The translations under genes and the position numbers were made by a program. 64,000 bases of DNA from Akkermansiaceae bacterium. GTDB lineage: Bacteria > Verrucomicrobiota > Verrucomicrobiia > Verrucomicrobiales > Akkermansiaceae. Position 1 is the stretch's first letter. Every line of letters begins with the position of its first letter. The stretch lies in assembly GCA_051251915.1 (NCBI GenBank), contig JBPOGF010000013.1, forward strand, positions 64,001 to 128,000. The letters are read 5' to 3'. Of this stretch, positions 52,822-63,701 are shown one piece after another. Under the pieces are notes generated by a model. It did not search any database and had not been told where the DNA came from. It worked only from the letters and a program-made list of their open reading frames with translations.

Positions 52822-53510
52822 AACATCATTTTCACCATAGTTCAGGGGCTGGGATTGGGACTAGGAATAGGCACTGCAACGATCATAGAATGGTCGCTCC
52901 GAAAAATGGCTTCACCTTACTAGAAGTCATCTTATCAATCGGCATCATGGCGCTCCTCATTGGCTCTGTCTTCACCATCACGAATGCTTCCGCCATGCTC
53001 AGCCAGAGCGTCGTTGTCAACCAAACTCAACATAGACATAAAGTCGCTTTTGAAAGTTATCTCGAGCGTATTTTCATCAACCTTCCCTATGATGCACAGA
53101 TCACCCTCACAGAAGAAGATTCTGCCCTCCAAAACCTTACCATCCAAAACCCAAGCACATTCTTTCCTAGCCTACAAAATGATTACTTCGCCACCCTCTT
53201 TGCCGTCACCGCCACAAAAAACAGCGAAGACCTAATCGATGCGACCGCGTCGTGGCAAAGCCTCATCACCGAAGACACAGAAGAAACAACCACTGAAATC
53301 TCCACTGAATACCAGCAGAGCATCACCCTCATCAGTAACCTCACCTCACTTCAATGGGAAATCTACTCTGCCACAGACGACACCTGGTACACCGCTTGGA
53401 CCGTCGATCAAGGACAACCAACCCACGTCAGGCTCACCTACAGCCACTTATCTAACGAAGACCTAGAAACCATCACATTCTGGATCCCCCCAAGAGTAGA
53501 AAGCCAATAA
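52818..53510 (+). CDS. gspJ: T2SS minor pseudopilin (GspJ-like)
   Basis: GFTLLEVIL; C-terminal W...W...P..VRL pattern; start may be 52890. Confidence 0.7.
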   Translation: MKHHFHHSSGAGIGTRNRHCNDHRMVAPKNGFTLLEVILSIGIMALLIGSVFTITNASAMLSQSVVVNQTQHRHKVAFESYLERIFINLPYDAQITLTEEDSALQNLTIQNPSTFFPSLQNDYFATLFAVTATKNSEDLIDATASWQSLITEDTEETTTEISTEYQQSITLISNLTSLQWEIYSATDDTWYTAWTVDQGQPTHVRLTYSHLSNEDLETITFWIPPRVESQ

Positions 53511-53685
53511 AAATTGCTTCATTCTGCCAGTTCTGTGTAATTCCGTGTTTTCAGTGGTTCAAAATCTATTTCACAAGGCTTCATCGTGCACAAATTCGTG
53601 ATCATTCGTGTAGATTCGTGGTAAAAAATCTCTCGTGTTAGATGCCCTAACCCATCTCTTGTTCTATTCTATTGCAGCTTACCCA

Positions 53686-54468
53686 CTAGAAGCTCACCGC
53701 AAAATAAACTCCACCAAGCAAATAGTTTTTCGCTTCATCGTGGATACCTAATACAGCGGTGACATAAGGAGAAACCGAAACTGAGTCATTGACATTATAC
53801 GTATACGACAGTTTAGAAAACGCATGGTGAACACCATCTCGATCATAATAATCCGCTACCGCTGAAACACCTGCGTCCCACATCAAATATGAGTCAGAGT
53901 CCACTTCTTCATAGTAAGATAGCTTCGACTCGAAATAGAAACCTTCAGCACCAGTATCATAATTAATCGCCCCTGAGACATCAAAGGCATCGTTAATCTG
54001 GTAATTCATACTTAGCCCTAAATCCATTCCTGAATCAAAAATAGACTGCCCATACTCATGGTAAGCAAGCTTTGCTGAGTAGGTGAAATCTCCAGCTGAT
54101 CTGCTAAGATTAACGAAACCAGTCAGCTCAGAAAAATCGCCCCGCCCCGTCTCCGTTCCATAATATACTCCTGTATCGAGAGTAATATCATCGGAAAGTG
54201 CGATCTGAGCCGCCAACTGAAACTCCATGCTACTACTAGCGAGAGAAAAACCTCGATACACATATTCAGAACGCCACGAGGTAAGAGCCTCTATGCCATA
54301 GATCGCTTCTTTCTCCGCCTCTAACATGGCAGCCTCCTGCCTCATCAGAGCCGAATACTGATCATTAATACTAGGGCTGACATCATCTAATGCATCCTGA
54401 GCTGAGGCAGTAGTAACACTAACAGCAGCGCAGAATACAATGGCAGGAAAGGAATGGTAGTTCTTCAT
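53686..54468 (-). CDS. Outer-membrane beta-barrel, TIGR02001/TorF-like
   Basis: Signal peptide; SEYVYRG motif; C-terminal VSF. Start placed at MKNYHS. Confidence 0.7.
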   Translation of the reverse strand: MKNYHSFPAIVFCAAVSVTTASAQDALDDVSPSINDQYSALMRQEAAMLEAEKEAIYGIEALTSWRSEYVYRGFSLASSSMEFQLAAQIALSDDITLDTGVYYGTETGRGDFSELTGFVNLSRSAGDFTYSAKLAYHEYGQSIFDSGMDLGLSMNYQINDAFDVSGAINYDTGAEGFYFESKLSYYEEVDSDSYLMWDAGVSAVADYYDRDGVHHAFSKLSYTYNVNDSVSVSPYVTAVLGIHDEAKNYLLGGVYFAVSF

Positions 54469-54533
54469 ATTGATAATAGTGGCTTGGAGTCGGCTCGATG
54501 AAAAGGCTAGATCTCTAATGAAACACAAAACTC

Positions 54534-56948
54534 TTACCTTCTGCTACTAGAGCGGAATCGATTATTCTTAGGAGTCGCTTTTACTTTATCCACAGGCAGC
54601 TCTTCCTTTAGTCTAGGGAGGAGCTCACCAAATCGATCAGCACCATCGGCTAGCTCGTAGAATCTCTTATTGTTCTCCTTCATCGCTTGGAGTGTAGCGT
54701 CATTATTAACGACTCTAGGCTGAATGAAGATCACTAATTCCTCTCTAATGCTAGATTTAGTAGTGGAAGTGAATAGCTTTTTGATACCAGGAATCTTGCT
54801 AAGTATAGGAACTCCGCTCACATCTTCCGAGTCCCGCTCTGTGATCAAGCCACCTAACGCCACAGTCCCGCCATTAGGAACAGTAATCGTCGTAAGTAAT
54901 TCTTCTTTGCCAATAGTAGGAATGCTGTTTCCGTCAATCGTCTGACTACCCACAATGGTATCATTGGTCAATGAAACCTGTAGAGTCACCTCATCATCAG
55001 AATTTACCAATGGAATCACCTCAAGCTTAAGCACCACATCCTTGAACTCAATATTCGTGCTCTGAGAAACAGTCCCAACAACACCCGTGCTTTGACTCAA
55101 TGAATTAGTCGGCACCGCAATACTCTGACCAGAAGAGAGAACCGCCTTCTTATTGTTCGTAGTGTAAATAGTAGGTCGAGATAACAGCTTGAAATTCCCC
55201 GATGACTGCAGCGCTCTCAACGTTGGCAAGAAGTTGTTCCCTATCTTCCCATAGATAGAAAGACCCGCGATGGAATCAGGAATAGCATTCGTAGTTGTAG
55301 TCACTCCATTCTCATCAGTAGTAGTCGTCGTCAGAGATGATGGATCTACTAGCAAAGGATAACCCGTGCGATTCTGTGCTGCAATGCTGTTCCCGTCGCT
55401 CGATTGATTCAACATAGCGAAGTCTATGCCGAAGTCACTACTATCCGTGATATTGTATCTACCGAAAATAGCCGTGATCTGCACCTGCTCAGAGGCAACA
55501 TCCATTTCTTTGATCAACTCTTGTATCAAGCTGATACTCTGTGGTGGACCTTGAACAATGAGTGAATTGTTCGCATTGTCTGCTACGAGAAGTGTCTTCC
55601 CGACCAAGAGAGACTCAGGGTATTCCAAGCGCTCACTTTCAGCCAGACTTCCGTCAGTTCCTGTAGTCGTCGCAGTCGTATTAGCTCGATTCGCATTCGC
55701 ATTATTTGCGCTCGCAGCGGAATCATTCGCAGTGCTGCTTTCTGTTCTTAAAATCGCATTGCTAGCTACTGGTAAGAATTCTGAAACAGAGAGGAACTTC
55801 AGCTTATGCTTGGAGTAACTCCTACGCTTGATCGGCTTATCAAAGTCAGCTATCACCGTTTCAGCAAACTCGATATCGATTGGTCTACCCATGACCCAAA
55901 GGCTGTTGGTTCGCGTAATCGCTAAGACCTTAATCAGATTTAAGTTCTGAGCCGTATTGAGAGTCGTATTATTATTGTTGTTGTTATTGTTATTGTTATT
56001 CTGGCCTCGTCCTCCACGGTTATCATTTGCCGCAGGAGCCGCATTCGGACTAGCATTCATCAGCGAACTTTGCTCTGCACTGAAATTCATGATCTCCTGA
56101 ACTTGAGTCGCTACTTCCTCTGCATCAGCATGCTCAAGCTCAAACATCTTCTTCATTGAAAGCTCTTGTGGCATATCGATCTTACTCTTGATTTCGATTA
56201 GACTCTTAATCAGTGCTGTGTTTTCAGTAATGATCAGCGAAGAGGTGTTCGGAACCGAAACGATCGACCCCTGTGGACTAAGTTCGCTCACCACCGAGTT
56301 AAAGACCTTCATCGCCTCATCAGGCTGAATGTGGTCAAACGTCATGACATAGGTCACCACTTTGTCTCCCTCAGGAAACACACCGCCATTACGGATCACT
56401 GGAATTCCGTTTTTACGAGAGTTCGTCGCCAAGACGAGCTTCACCACATTAGGATCATTCACACTAGGGAGGAACACCATGTCTTCGAGTAACACCGCTT
56501 GCTCTAGTAACTCAGCTGCTTCACTATAAGTGAGTCCACCAGGCTGTACAAAACTGATTTGCTTAGCCATCGCCGCCTTACTCACAAGAACACGCTTACC
56601 AGTCCATTCCCAGTAAAGTTTAGCCATGACGTCGCCCGTCATAAATGGTTGCTCGATCGCCTCTTTACGCACTCGGTCACCTAATGCCCTTGGAACAGCA
56701 TTAGGATTATCATTTAAGTCAATCAGTGCAGGCGCCTCGATCGGCTCTGCTGGCTTAACAGGGGCTTGCGGCACTACCGGATCTTGCACCGGAGCTACTA
56801 CTGGGGCTTCTGCTTCTGCTGGTACTGGGACCAATGCTGCTGGCTCAGGTGTAGTCGCGGGAGCCGGCGCCGGCGCAGGCCCTTGTGCATTACTGATCGA
56901 AGGAATGAGTAATAAATTGGCCAGGATAGTAAATTTTAGGTAGTTCAT
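54534..56948 (-). CDS. gspD: T2SS secretin
   Basis: N-domain repeats; LSRPTIYT.NN..A, LKLEVIP, VPILSKIP, ELVIFIQP. Confidence 0.95.
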   Translation of the reverse strand: MNYLKFTILANLLLIPSISNAQGPAPAPAPATTPEPAALVPVPAEAEAPVVAPVQDPVVPQAPVKPAEPIEAPALIDLNDNPNAVPRALGDRVRKEAIEQPFMTGDVMAKLYWEWTGKRVLVSKAAMAKQISFVQPGGLTYSEAAELLEQAVLLEDMVFLPSVNDPNVVKLVLATNSRKNGIPVIRNGGVFPEGDKVVTYVMTFDHIQPDEAMKVFNSVVSELSPQGSIVSVPNTSSLIITENTALIKSLIEIKSKIDMPQELSMKKMFELEHADAEEVATQVQEIMNFSAEQSSLMNASPNAAPAANDNRGGRGQNNNNNNNNNNNTTLNTAQNLNLIKVLAITRTNSLWVMGRPIDIEFAETVIADFDKPIKRRSYSKHKLKFLSVSEFLPVASNAILRTESSTANDSAASANNANANRANTTATTTGTDGSLAESERLEYPESLLVGKTLLVADNANNSLIVQGPPQSISLIQELIKEMDVASEQVQITAIFGRYNITDSSDFGIDFAMLNQSSDGNSIAAQNRTGYPLLVDPSSLTTTTTDENGVTTTTNAIPDSIAGLSIYGKIGNNFLPTLRALQSSGNFKLLSRPTIYTTNNKKAVLSSGQSIAVPTNSLSQSTGVVGTVSQSTNIEFKDVVLKLEVIPLVNSDDEVTLQVSLTNDTIVGSQTIDGNSIPTIGKEELLTTITVPNGGTVALGGLITERDSEDVSGVPILSKIPGIKKLFTSTTKSSIREELVIFIQPRVVNNDATLQAMKENNKRFYELADGADRFGELLPRLKEELPVDKVKATPKNNRFRSSSRR

Positions 56949-57031
56949 TGTATTTTAAAGTATTAAATGGTTTAAAGCTGAAGAGAAATAATGCCTATTT
57001 CGACTTCTTTGATGTCAGAAAAATGAGATGT

Positions 57032-57670
57032 CTATTTCGACCTCTCACTCCTCTCTTTCATATATTTCATATATTTCTCCATCCGCTCACGTCTTTCTTT
57101 ATCGCTGCCGCCTCTGTCTCCTCTGTCTCCTCTGTCTCCTCTGTCTCCTCTATCACCACCGCGTCCTCTATCGCCTCCTTTGCGGTCCGATGAACTTGAT
57201 TTAGCAGGTTTGTAATTAGCAGCTAGGCTTTCTTGGTTATAATTAATCTTAAGCACTTGATCACCTACCTTAAGCGTAGCCGATGTGAGCTTGTAATCAT
57301 CGACATTCTGAGTCACGTCTACCAACTTCAAATCCGAGTCACTAGCAGAGCCTTGTTCAATGATGATATTCTTAGTAGGTTCTTTCACATCCACCATCAC
57401 AATCATCCATTTATCCTGTAACCTAGTTACTCCACGGAGTTCATAGTCGGTCGTCGGCTCAGGCTCAGGCTCCGGTTCTGGTTCAGGAGGTGTGACCTTC
57501 TCTACTTTCTCCACCTTCTTAACCGCTTTGATTTTAAACGGGGAACGCTCTAATAAATTCGCGTAATTTTTGAATTCAGGAGTCTCAGGTATCTCAGCTT
57601 TCACGAGAGACGTGCTGAGAGTGAAGACTCCTGCTAAGAGAATAAAGTTAATTGATTTCATGCTACACAT
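57032..57670 (-). CDS. GspC-position protein with PE and GDR low-complexity repeats
   Basis: N-terminal hydrophobic segment; RSPF...YELRGV resembles the GspC HR region; lies between gspM and gspD. Confidence 0.5.
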   Translation of the reverse strand: MCSMKSINFILLAGVFTLSTSLVKAEIPETPEFKNYANLLERSPFKIKAVKKVEKVEKVTPPEPEPEPEPEPTTDYELRGVTRLQDKWMIVMVDVKEPTKNIIIEQGSASDSDLKLVDVTQNVDDYKLTSATLKVGDQVLKINYNQESLAANYKPAKSSSSDRKGGDRGRGGDRGDRGDRGDRGDRGGSDKERRERMEKYMKYMKERSERSK

Positions 57671-57714
57671 AGTTTTAGTTATATTAAAAAGTTATCGATC
57701 CAAGCAAGCATAAA

Positions 57715-58245
57715 TTACTCACTACTAATGTATTGTTCAGCGATAATCTCACAATGGATCAATTGAGAATCTTTCGCGGGAGGGGTCAGTTTGAGGTAGC
57801 TCAAGATACGCATTTTCTCAGGCTGATGGATCTCGACTAACCATTGGTAGATTTGCTTTTCTGTTGCTCTGGCTGCGATCTGCATTTTCACACTCTTATA
57901 CATACTGTCGCTTACTTCATCATCTTGTAAGGTCAGCAACTTCTGCGTATCAGGATTAAACCCGAGCGCTTTGCTAGAAGAACTGAGAAAATTCTGCAGA
58001 TCTGTCTGCGCATTCTGGAAACTCTTTACTGGCGGTGCGTTCTCATTCACCCACTCCACCTCCTCGTTGATAAGTGCCGCGGTGGCCTCCATCATTGAGT
58101 AATTCCTATAAGTAGTTTTTAATCCATCAAGCTCAGCCGTTTGACTTGCATGTTTTTTCTTCAAGGAAACGCCGATGAATACATGAGCCAAGACCACCAA
58201 AATCAGCAATAGCATGCCTCCTAAGTATTTTTCTCTTTTAGTCAT
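57715..58245 (-). CDS. gspM: T2SS GspM-like protein
   Basis: MTKREK + TM, coiled coil, ferredoxin-like C-terminus; gene order. Confidence 0.65.
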   Translation of the reverse strand: MTKREKYLGGMLLLILVVLAHVFIGVSLKKKHASQTAELDGLKTTYRNYSMMEATAALINEEVEWVNENAPPVKSFQNAQTDLQNFLSSSSKALGFNPDTQKLLTLQDDEVSDSMYKSVKMQIAARATEKQIYQWLVEIHQPEKMRILSYLKLTPPAKDSQLIHCEIIAEQYISSE

Positions 58246-59462
58246 TATTGACCTCCTTTCTTAGTAGCTTCCATCGTGAAATTCCATAGCTTTGTTTTTT
58301 GATCCTCAGCTTTCACTGGCACAGTCCAGATGTATCCACTGAAGTAAGGTTCGTTCATGAGCGCAGGATGCAACTCATTGATAAGATTAATATTAGGAGA
58401 AACTCCTTTGATCAGCACTCGTCCTGATTCTACCTCCACGGCCTCAAACTGCAGCTTCTCATGCTCAGGGAGAAGCGATGCCACCTTTTCATAGGTTGCC
58501 AATGGCCATTGATTAGTCAGTAAACCATCGAGCTCGCTGAGTTGTGATAAATTGTGCTGATACACGATCCATTGAGGTTCCAGTGCAGCAACGTCATTCC
58601 GAACTTGTTGGATTTCATTTTCAGTTTGCTTATGTTGCATGTAGATGAGCAAGCAACCTATCGCATAGAGACACAGACATGCCAAAACAGCGATCTTAAT
58701 CTTCTTATTCCGCGTTTCCTTGGTTCGTGACTCGGTAACAAAGCCAGGGATCAGCTTAAGATCCTCTCGCTCACTTGTCGCCAAGCTAACCGAATCTACC
58801 AGTACCGTAGCGATTCCCAGCTCATTCTTTAGTTGCTCTTCCCGATGATCTCTCCACTCAGAATTCTCATCTTTTTCAATGATCAACGTTTGCGGATCAT
58901 ACTCTATCCCCTGAACCGAAAACTGGGTCAGTAATGATTTAATCTGTCTTAGAATCGATTCTGCCGAATCCGTTAACTCTGAGTAAAATGGCTGAGCGTT
59001 TTTATAACAAATAGTCACCCATCTCCCCTGTTCTCGCTTACAAAGAAGCGTGTCTAAATCCCCCACCTTATAGAACCGTGCCGCAACATCAAACGTCTGC
59101 TCCTGAATCTGTTTGCTAGGCACTATCGAATCCACCACCAAAGAAACCCCTGCACTCAGTGAACTCTCTGCATCTACCTGATAAAGATCCCAGCTGCTAG
59201 ACTCTGATTTGACCAATCCAGTCTGCTCCATCTGTAACTGCGCTATCCCTCTCTGAGTATCACTATCCGCTGAAGGGATCACCATAGGCACCGTCGCCAC
59301 AGCACTGACAGGAAAAGCAATTCTCGTCTCTTTCGGAATAACCGTCGAATCATCCATTTCTGGTATCGATTTCTCCAGCGTCCAGCCATCCTGGCCCAGC
59401 AGCCAAAGTTCCCAGCCTAGCTCCTTAGCAGGCAATAAAATATGTTTAAGTAGTTTACTCAC
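58245..59462 (-). CDS. gspL: T2SS GspL-like protein
   Basis: Cytoplasmic N-domain, single TM near residue 260, PilN-like C-terminus; gene order. Confidence 0.65.
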   Translation of the reverse strand: MSKLLKHILLPAKELGWELWLLGQDGWTLEKSIPEMDDSTVIPKETRIAFPVSAVATVPMVIPSADSDTQRGIAQLQMEQTGLVKSESSSWDLYQVDAESSLSAGVSLVVDSIVPSKQIQEQTFDVAARFYKVGDLDTLLCKREQGRWVTICYKNAQPFYSELTDSAESILRQIKSLLTQFSVQGIEYDPQTLIIEKDENSEWRDHREEQLKNELGIATVLVDSVSLATSEREDLKLIPGFVTESRTKETRNKKIKIAVLACLCLYAIGCLLIYMQHKQTENEIQQVRNDVAALEPQWIVYQHNLSQLSELDGLLTNQWPLATYEKVASLLPEHEKLQFEAVEVESGRVLIKGVSPNINLINELHPALMNEPYFSGYIWTVPVKAEDQKTKLWNFTMEATKKGGQ

Positions 59463-60411
59463 TTTCTAAAATTGTTTCTTGATAATAAAGGACATGTGGA
59501 ACGTCACCTTGCCGACGAATGACCGCTTGAATTTTCTTACGATAATCTCCAGAATGGCCCACACTCTCCACTCTCAGTGTCGCACCCTGCAAGATAAATC
59601 GATTAAGTATAAGCCTTCGGTTGATTTGCTCGGATTCGAGAGAATCTAGCGCCAAGGCGACCGATGCATGTCTAACATCATCAGTCGTCCCCAGCAGGCC
59701 GTCCTCACCTTTGATGTCTTGCACAAACTTCTCAGCATTGTCTAATTCCGTTTCTGCTACCACACTGAGTATCTCTGCCTCAGCCTCATGAATATCGATC
59801 CCTCCCTCACTATACAAAGTGAACCATTCTTTCCAATTCGGATCTGCAGCTTCTACTTCATTGAACCCCTTGACTAAACTCACTTCCTCCAATGATTGAA
59901 AATTCCGGTTGAACGGACGCCCCTCAAACCCTTGTTCCTCATACCATTCATTTTCAGCACCATTCAGGCTCACGACATCATCTTTATCGACCCAGTCCAC
60001 CATCGCATCAACTAATTCAGTCGCCTTCTCATCGTCATTGAGCCAGTGATTAAATAGATTTTTAAGGAGTAATTTATCACCCCTTCTGATCACATAGTTT
60101 AAGTTGATTCTAGAAGACTCAGATCTGATCTCCACATTGTAGCCTTCCTCTAAACCTTCTGGTTCATAGATCAACGCTTCGTCCCCACGCTCAATATCAG
60201 GATGAGACGCATAGCTCAGACCCTTGTGAGCTTGCAGCCATGCATTAAACTCGTGTTCATCAGAAATGGTCGACTCCGCATCGATTTGCAACAGCATGAT
60301 CGTCACACTCAGAATCATCGACAGAAACGCAACCACCCAAATGACAGCAATGAGCGCAAACCCTTTTCGAGGGCCTTTTGGTTTTCTGTTTATGTTTCGA
60401 GTCTGCATCAT
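59455..60411 (-). CDS. gspK: T2SS minor pseudopilin GspK
   Basis: GFALIAVIW (no Glu5), SRINLN, DWVDKDD, GAE..WY, EEVSLVKGF. Confidence 0.92.
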   Translation of the reverse strand: MMQTRNINRKPKGPRKGFALIAVIWVVAFLSMILSVTIMLLQIDAESTISDEHEFNAWLQAHKGLSYASHPDIERGDEALIYEPEGLEEGYNVEIRSESSRINLNYVIRRGDKLLLKNLFNHWLNDDEKATELVDAMVDWVDKDDVVSLNGAENEWYEEQGFEGRPFNRNFQSLEEVSLVKGFNEVEAADPNWKEWFTLYSEGGIDIHEAEAEILSVVAETELDNAEKFVQDIKGEDGLLGTTDDVRHASVALALDSLESEQINRRLILNRFILQGATLRVESVGHSGDYRKKIQAVIRRQGDVPHVLYYQETILESE

Positions 60412-61634
60412 TTTGATCTAAGGTTCCCGATCGATTCGTAAATGGCTTGAATCATTGTCCAACACAAAGCGCCGACCAGCAACGCCATGCTGATCAAGAT
60501 CACTGGTGAGATAATGCCGACTAAATTCGACAACAGTATATTCAATCGCTTGTCGTAGTAATCCGAGGCTCTATTCAGCGCCTTAGAGAGTTTCCCTGTG
60601 CTTTCACCCACCCCAATAAGGTCAATCATGTTGGGTGTAAATATATTCGCCGAGCGCATCGAGTGAGTCAGCTTGTAGCCGTCTTTCACCTTCAAAATTA
60701 AGTCTTTAAGGTGATGTTTCGCATGACGATTTGTCACCGTTTCCTGAGTCAACTCCAACGCCTCAACCAAGGGCACCCCATTCCCCACCAGATTCCCTAG
60801 CGTTTTGAGCCACTGCACATAGAAACCAAAGGTAAGCACCTGCCCATACAACGGAATCTTCAGTTTATACCTATCCCAGGCCTGCTTATTCTTCTCCGCA
60901 GTATGCCAGATTTTGACCACAAACATCAGAATAATGAGACCCAAAAGCATCGTCATCCAATGGTTCCGTAACAGATCACCTAGCTGAATCGCTACCACAA
61001 CACCAAAAGGTTTCCCACCAGTCATCCCATCCAACAAAGTAGTGATCTGAGGTAGCAAATAGAAAATGAAGACACAAACAACCCCAATACAAGCGATCAT
61101 CAAAAAGGCAGGGTAAATCATCGCAGAAATCAACTTGGACTTCAGCTCCATTTGCGCTTTCAGGTAGATCGCATGTTGATGCAGAATCGTCCGCAAGCTT
61201 CCACTAGCCTCACCAGCTTTCACCAGGTTGCAGTATAGCGGATCAAAACTCTTCGACGTCCTAGTCAACGCACTATGCATAGGATTCCCCTCTGTGATCC
61301 ACTTGCGCAGACGACTAGATATCTCTTTCAGCTTCCCACTCTCGTCCCGCTGAGACATCGACGACAATGCTGGCTCCAAAGGCAAACCAGCCTCTAACAA
61401 CTCAGCCAATTCCTCAGTAAATGCCACCACATCCGTAGAACTCAGAGGGATGGGTGCATCATCATCCTTCGCAGCCCTAGACTTACTCTCACCAGACAAC
61501 GGCGCTACAGTGATCGGTTGAAAACCATCACCCAATAGCTTGCGCATCGCTTCCGACTTAGAAGACGCATCGATTTCACCAGAAACCTTTTCTCCTGATC
61601 CATTTAAAGCATTATATTTAAAGCTAGCCGACAT
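60408..61634 (-). CDS. gspF: T2SS inner-membrane platform protein
   Basis: LLEAGLPL, AGEASG, AMIYP, GESTG. Confidence 0.93.
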   Translation of the reverse strand: MSASFKYNALNGSGEKVSGEIDASSKSEAMRKLLGDGFQPITVAPLSGESKSRAAKDDDAPIPLSSTDVVAFTEELAELLEAGLPLEPALSSMSQRDESGKLKEISSRLRKWITEGNPMHSALTRTSKSFDPLYCNLVKAGEASGSLRTILHQHAIYLKAQMELKSKLISAMIYPAFLMIACIGVVCVFIFYLLPQITTLLDGMTGGKPFGVVVAIQLGDLLRNHWMTMLLGLIILMFVVKIWHTAEKNKQAWDRYKLKIPLYGQVLTFGFYVQWLKTLGNLVGNGVPLVEALELTQETVTNRHAKHHLKDLILKVKDGYKLTHSMRSANIFTPNMIDLIGVGESTGKLSKALNRASDYYDKRLNILLSNLVGIISPVILISMALLVGALCWTMIQAIYESIGNLRSK

Positions 61635-61640
61635 AGGTTC

Positions 61641-63380
61641 TTATTTTTCTCTGCTCCCCGGAGTAGATGACAAGACTTCTTCAATGCTAGTAATCCCCTT
61701 CATCACCTTGCGCCATCCATACATCCTCATCGGCTCGAAGCCTTCCTTGTAAGCTTGATTTTCAATCTCCTGAGCATCCGCCCCTTTTGAGATCATATCC
61801 TGGAGAGTCTGGGTTACTTTACAAAGTTCATAAATCCCCACTCGTCCACGATACCCCGTATTGCGACATTCCTTACAACCCACAGCATGATAAGGCACTC
61901 CCTGGATATCATCAGGTATATGCAGCGCCTTTCTTTCTTCCTCACCAAATGATTCAGTTGGCTGCTTACACGCACCACAGAGCTTTCTCAACAACCGCTG
62001 AGCCAAAAATGCCCGCACCGATGCCGACACAAGAAACGGCTCAATCCCCATATCTAACAATCGACTAATTCCACCCAAGGCATCATTCGTATGCAGTGTG
62101 CTGAAAACCAAGTGACCAGTCAATGAAGCACGGATCGCAATCTCAGCTGTCTCCGTATCACGGATCTCCCCCACCATCACAATGTTAGGGTCAGCTCTCA
62201 AAATAGAACGCAATCCCTGCGCAAAACTCAGCCCAACTTCCGGACGCACCGCAATCTGCACCACACCCTGCAATTTATTCTCCACAGGATCTTCAATCGT
62301 AACAATCCTCGTCTCACGATCATTCAAGTGATCCAAAAAGCAATACAGGCTCGTTGATTTACCAGAACCAGTCGGCCCCGTGGCCAAAATCACTCCATTC
62401 GGCAGTTTGAGCACTTCGCGTATCCCTTCATTCACCGAATCCTCAAGATCCAGCTTCGCAATATCAAATTTATCTTGGTTCAGTAATCGCAAGCTAACCG
62501 TCTCACCCTCTACCGAAGGTATCGTCGCAACACGGACATCCACAGACTGTCCCTTATTGCTCATATGAATACGACCATCCTGCGGAGCGCGTCTCTCTGC
62601 CACATCCAGACGTGACATGATCTTCAAGCGAGCAATCACAGAATCCTGCAACGCATTAATATTTTCAGGCACCGGAACATCAAGCAGCTGACCATCCACT
62701 CGATAACGAATGCACATCCCACTCTTCTGCGGCTCCACATGAATATCCGTCGCCTTCTGCACCAATGCCTCACGTAGAATCTGATTCACAAACCTCAAGA
62801 CACTAGCCTCCTCAGACTGATCATCATCAATCACTGAAGCCTCATCACTATCCAGCAACCGCTCAACATCAAGATCCCGACCTTCCAAAATCTTCTCAAA
62901 CGTATCCGCACCCACACCATACATCGCCCCCAACTCCGCACGAACATTCCTCCGACTAGCCATCACAAACGACACCTTCGCCGGAATCAACCGAGTCACC
63001 ATCTGCCTCATACTCAAGTTAAAAGGATCATAGCAAGCAACCGTCAGAGACTTACCAGCAACAGCATCAGCAAGAGCAACAGGCAACACCTGATAACGGA
63101 TCGCCAAAGCCGCACCACAAACCGACTTCAGTTCAGTCACGGTTTCTCCTAAATTCAACTCAACCTCACGCCACTCCATCCCCACTTCCTGAGCAATCTC
63201 TTGCAGAAACAATTCCTCATCCACCAGCTCCGCATCCAAAATAGCATCAATCACCGAAACCTTCAGCTTCTTAGCATCATCCATCACCTCATAAAGAACC
63301 CCCAAGTCCGAACATTTAGCCTTAATCGCCGCAGCCTCAAAGCAGCTAATCTTATGTTTCGTCGTTGAGCGTAGTTCCAT
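61641..63380 (-). CDS. gspE: T2SS ATPase
   Basis: DIHVEP, PQDGR, GPTGSGKST, TIEDPVE, GEIRD, STLHTN, tetracysteine motif. Confidence 0.95.
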   Translation of the reverse strand: MELRSTTKHKISCFEAAAIKAKCSDLGVLYEVMDDAKKLKVSVIDAILDAELVDEELFLQEIAQEVGMEWREVELNLGETVTELKSVCGAALAIRYQVLPVALADAVAGKSLTVACYDPFNLSMRQMVTRLIPAKVSFVMASRRNVRAELGAMYGVGADTFEKILEGRDLDVERLLDSDEASVIDDDQSEEASVLRFVNQILREALVQKATDIHVEPQKSGMCIRYRVDGQLLDVPVPENINALQDSVIARLKIMSRLDVAERRAPQDGRIHMSNKGQSVDVRVATIPSVEGETVSLRLLNQDKFDIAKLDLEDSVNEGIREVLKLPNGVILATGPTGSGKSTSLYCFLDHLNDRETRIVTIEDPVENKLQGVVQIAVRPEVGLSFAQGLRSILRADPNIVMVGEIRDTETAEIAIRASLTGHLVFSTLHTNDALGGISRLLDMGIEPFLVSASVRAFLAQRLLRKLCGACKQPTESFGEEERKALHIPDDIQGVPYHAVGCKECRNTGYRGRVGIYELCKVTQTLQDMISKGADAQEIENQAYKEGFEPMRMYGWRKVMKGITSIEEVLSSTPGSREK

Positions 63381-63701
63381 ATTTAACTAGTTAACTAACA
63401 TTTCAGAATAAAGTTGCAAAATATCTTTTAAATTATCGTAATTTCCCAAGTAACCACACAAAAAACCTACCATAACCCCGTCAACTATAACCCACTAGAT
63501 CCATCAAAGCCCCCACCAAGCTAAGCACAAAAAAATAACAACTTATCAATGTCTATTGTCGAATAATTGATCTAGCAGATTAAACTGACATATTCTACCT
63601 TGGGCATTCCCGCTTTTAAAAACTGTATCAAACTCTCTTTATCCATTATTTCCTTCACATACTAACAACATTGCCATTAGATTGCATCCAGTCTTTGCAT
63701 T

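Noticed and set aside
55968..56000. Poly-Asn tract in GspD as a phase-variation locus
   Set aside because: In-frame mixed AAT/AAC codons in a linker; disordered inserts are common in secretin N-domains.
57100..57185. RGD repeats as integrin-binding motifs
   Set aside because: Low-complexity GDR tract; a similar tract occurs in cytoplasmic DeaD.
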